Shown here piece by piece: positions 62,853-63,871 of a DNA stretch of 63,871 bases. This DNA comes from Gracilinanus agilis (Eukaryota), in assembly GCF_016433145.1 (NCBI RefSeq), contig NC_058132.1, positions 36,023,604 to 36,087,474 of the forward strand, given 5' to 3'. Below the pieces are notes generated by a model, which saw nothing but the letters and a program-made list of their open reading frames with translations, ran no database searches and was not told where the DNA came from. The position numbers and the translations under genes were made by a program. Position 1 is the first letter of the stretch. Each line of letters starts with the position of its first letter.

Positions 62853-63410
62853 ATTTTTTTTTCTTTTTAAAATTTTAAACCCTTAACTTCTATGTATTGA
62901 CTTATAGGTGGAAGATTGGTAAGGGTAGGCAATGGGGGTCAAGTGACTTGCCCAGGGTCACACAGCTGGGAAGTGTCTGAGGCCGGATTTGAACCTAGGA
63001 CCTCCTGTCTCTAGGCCTGACTCTCAATCCACTGAGCTACCCAGCTGCCCCNNNNNNNNNNNNNNNNNNNNNNNNNNNNNNNNNNNNNNNNNNNNNNNNN
63101 NNNNNNNNNNNNNNNNNNNNNNNNNNNNNNNNNNTTTGAACCTAGGACCTCCTGTCTCTAGGCCTGACTCTCAATCCACTGAGCTACCCAGCTGGCCCCA
63201 AACCATTCTTTTTTTTTTTTTTTTTTTTTTAAAACCCTTGTACTTTTGGTGTATTGTCTCATAGGTGGAAGATTGGTAAGGGTGGGCAATGGGGGTCAAG
63301 TGACTTGCCCAGGGTCACACAGCTGGGAAGTGGCTGAGGCCAGGTTTGAACTTAGGACCTCCTGTCTCTAGGCCTGACTCTCACTCCACTGAGCTACCCA
63401 GCTGCCCCCC
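62853..63410 (-). mobile_element. Stacked young SINE1_Mdo-type copies around a gap (62853..63051, 63135..63199, 63209..63410), followed by further older SINEs to about 63790
   Basis: Near-consensus copies sharing the gaagattgg variant and ccatt(c)tttt flanks. Confidence 0.9.
63052..63134. other. Assembly gap (83 N)
   Basis: N run between near-identical SINE ends. Confidence 1.
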
Positions 63411-63871
63411 CCCCCCATTCTTTTTTTAAACTCTTACTTTCTGTCCTAGTAATAAGTCCAAGGCTCACTGAAACCATCTTCAGGTCTAGATGAAATGATG
63501 ACTATGAACCCAATCTTGAGCAAGGTCTAGGCAAATGGGGGTTAAGTGGCTTTACCCAGGTTCACACAGCTAGGAAGTGTCCGAGGTTACATTTAAACTC
63601 AGGATTTCCTGACTCTAGGTCTGGCCCTCTATCCACAGAGCACTGCTGCTCTTAAAATCAATTTTAAGACAGAAGAGTGGCAAAGGCTAGACAAATGGGC
63701 TTACGTGATTTGCCTAGGGTCATACAGCTTGGATGTGTCAGAGGCCAGATTTGAACACAAGACCTCCTGTTTCCAGGCCTGTGCCACCTGCCTGTCCTGT
63801 TAACCATAATTAAAGATCTAGTCAGGCTATCCTTACTGCCACAAATGCTAATAATGTTGCAATGATATTCC

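Noticed and set aside
62989-63264. Recurrent ORFs starting [20 protein letters not shown] (also at 28337 and 34233)
   Set aside because: Translation of the reverse SINE head, not a protein family
1-63871. LRRC47, DFFB, tRNA/rRNA genes, CRISPR or prokaryotic systems
   Set aside because: No matching sequence seen. Expected neighbours and CEP104 exon 1 would lie outside the window, and tRNA-like A/B boxes belong to SINE heads

Overview
Marsupial genomic DNA. The young CORE-SINE with the ...cttccacctatgag...caatacac... tail matches SINE1_Mdo as I recall it, which points to Monodelphis domestica or a close didelphid. There are three N-gaps. The window holds two convergent protein-coding genes. 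(1) A two-exon, intact GT31-family beta-1,3-glycosyltransferase on + (1962..2666 joined to 3430..3930, 401 aa). It is most similar to B3GNT7 but is not in the B3GNT7 neighbourhood, and its intron falls right at the (K/Q)GDDD metal-binding motif. (2) CEP104 on -, with all 21 coding exons reconstructed by hand (61847 down to 24568; 2787 nt, 928 aa; all GT-AG, phases consistent), a probable 3.5-kb 3' UTR, and a non-coding first exon presumably beyond the right edge. The rest is mostly CORE-SINEs, MIR, L1, L2, a long CR1/L3 relic, three hAT MITEs and simple repeats. The most interesting observations are the B3GNT7-like paralogue where human has no such gene (LRRC47-CEP104 interval, from memory), its unusual intron, a 91-bp non-SINE inverted repeat at 7.2-7.7 kb, sharp GC3 switches among and within CEP104 exons, and an OC1-like MITE. 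All family names and human comparisons come from recall, not database searches.
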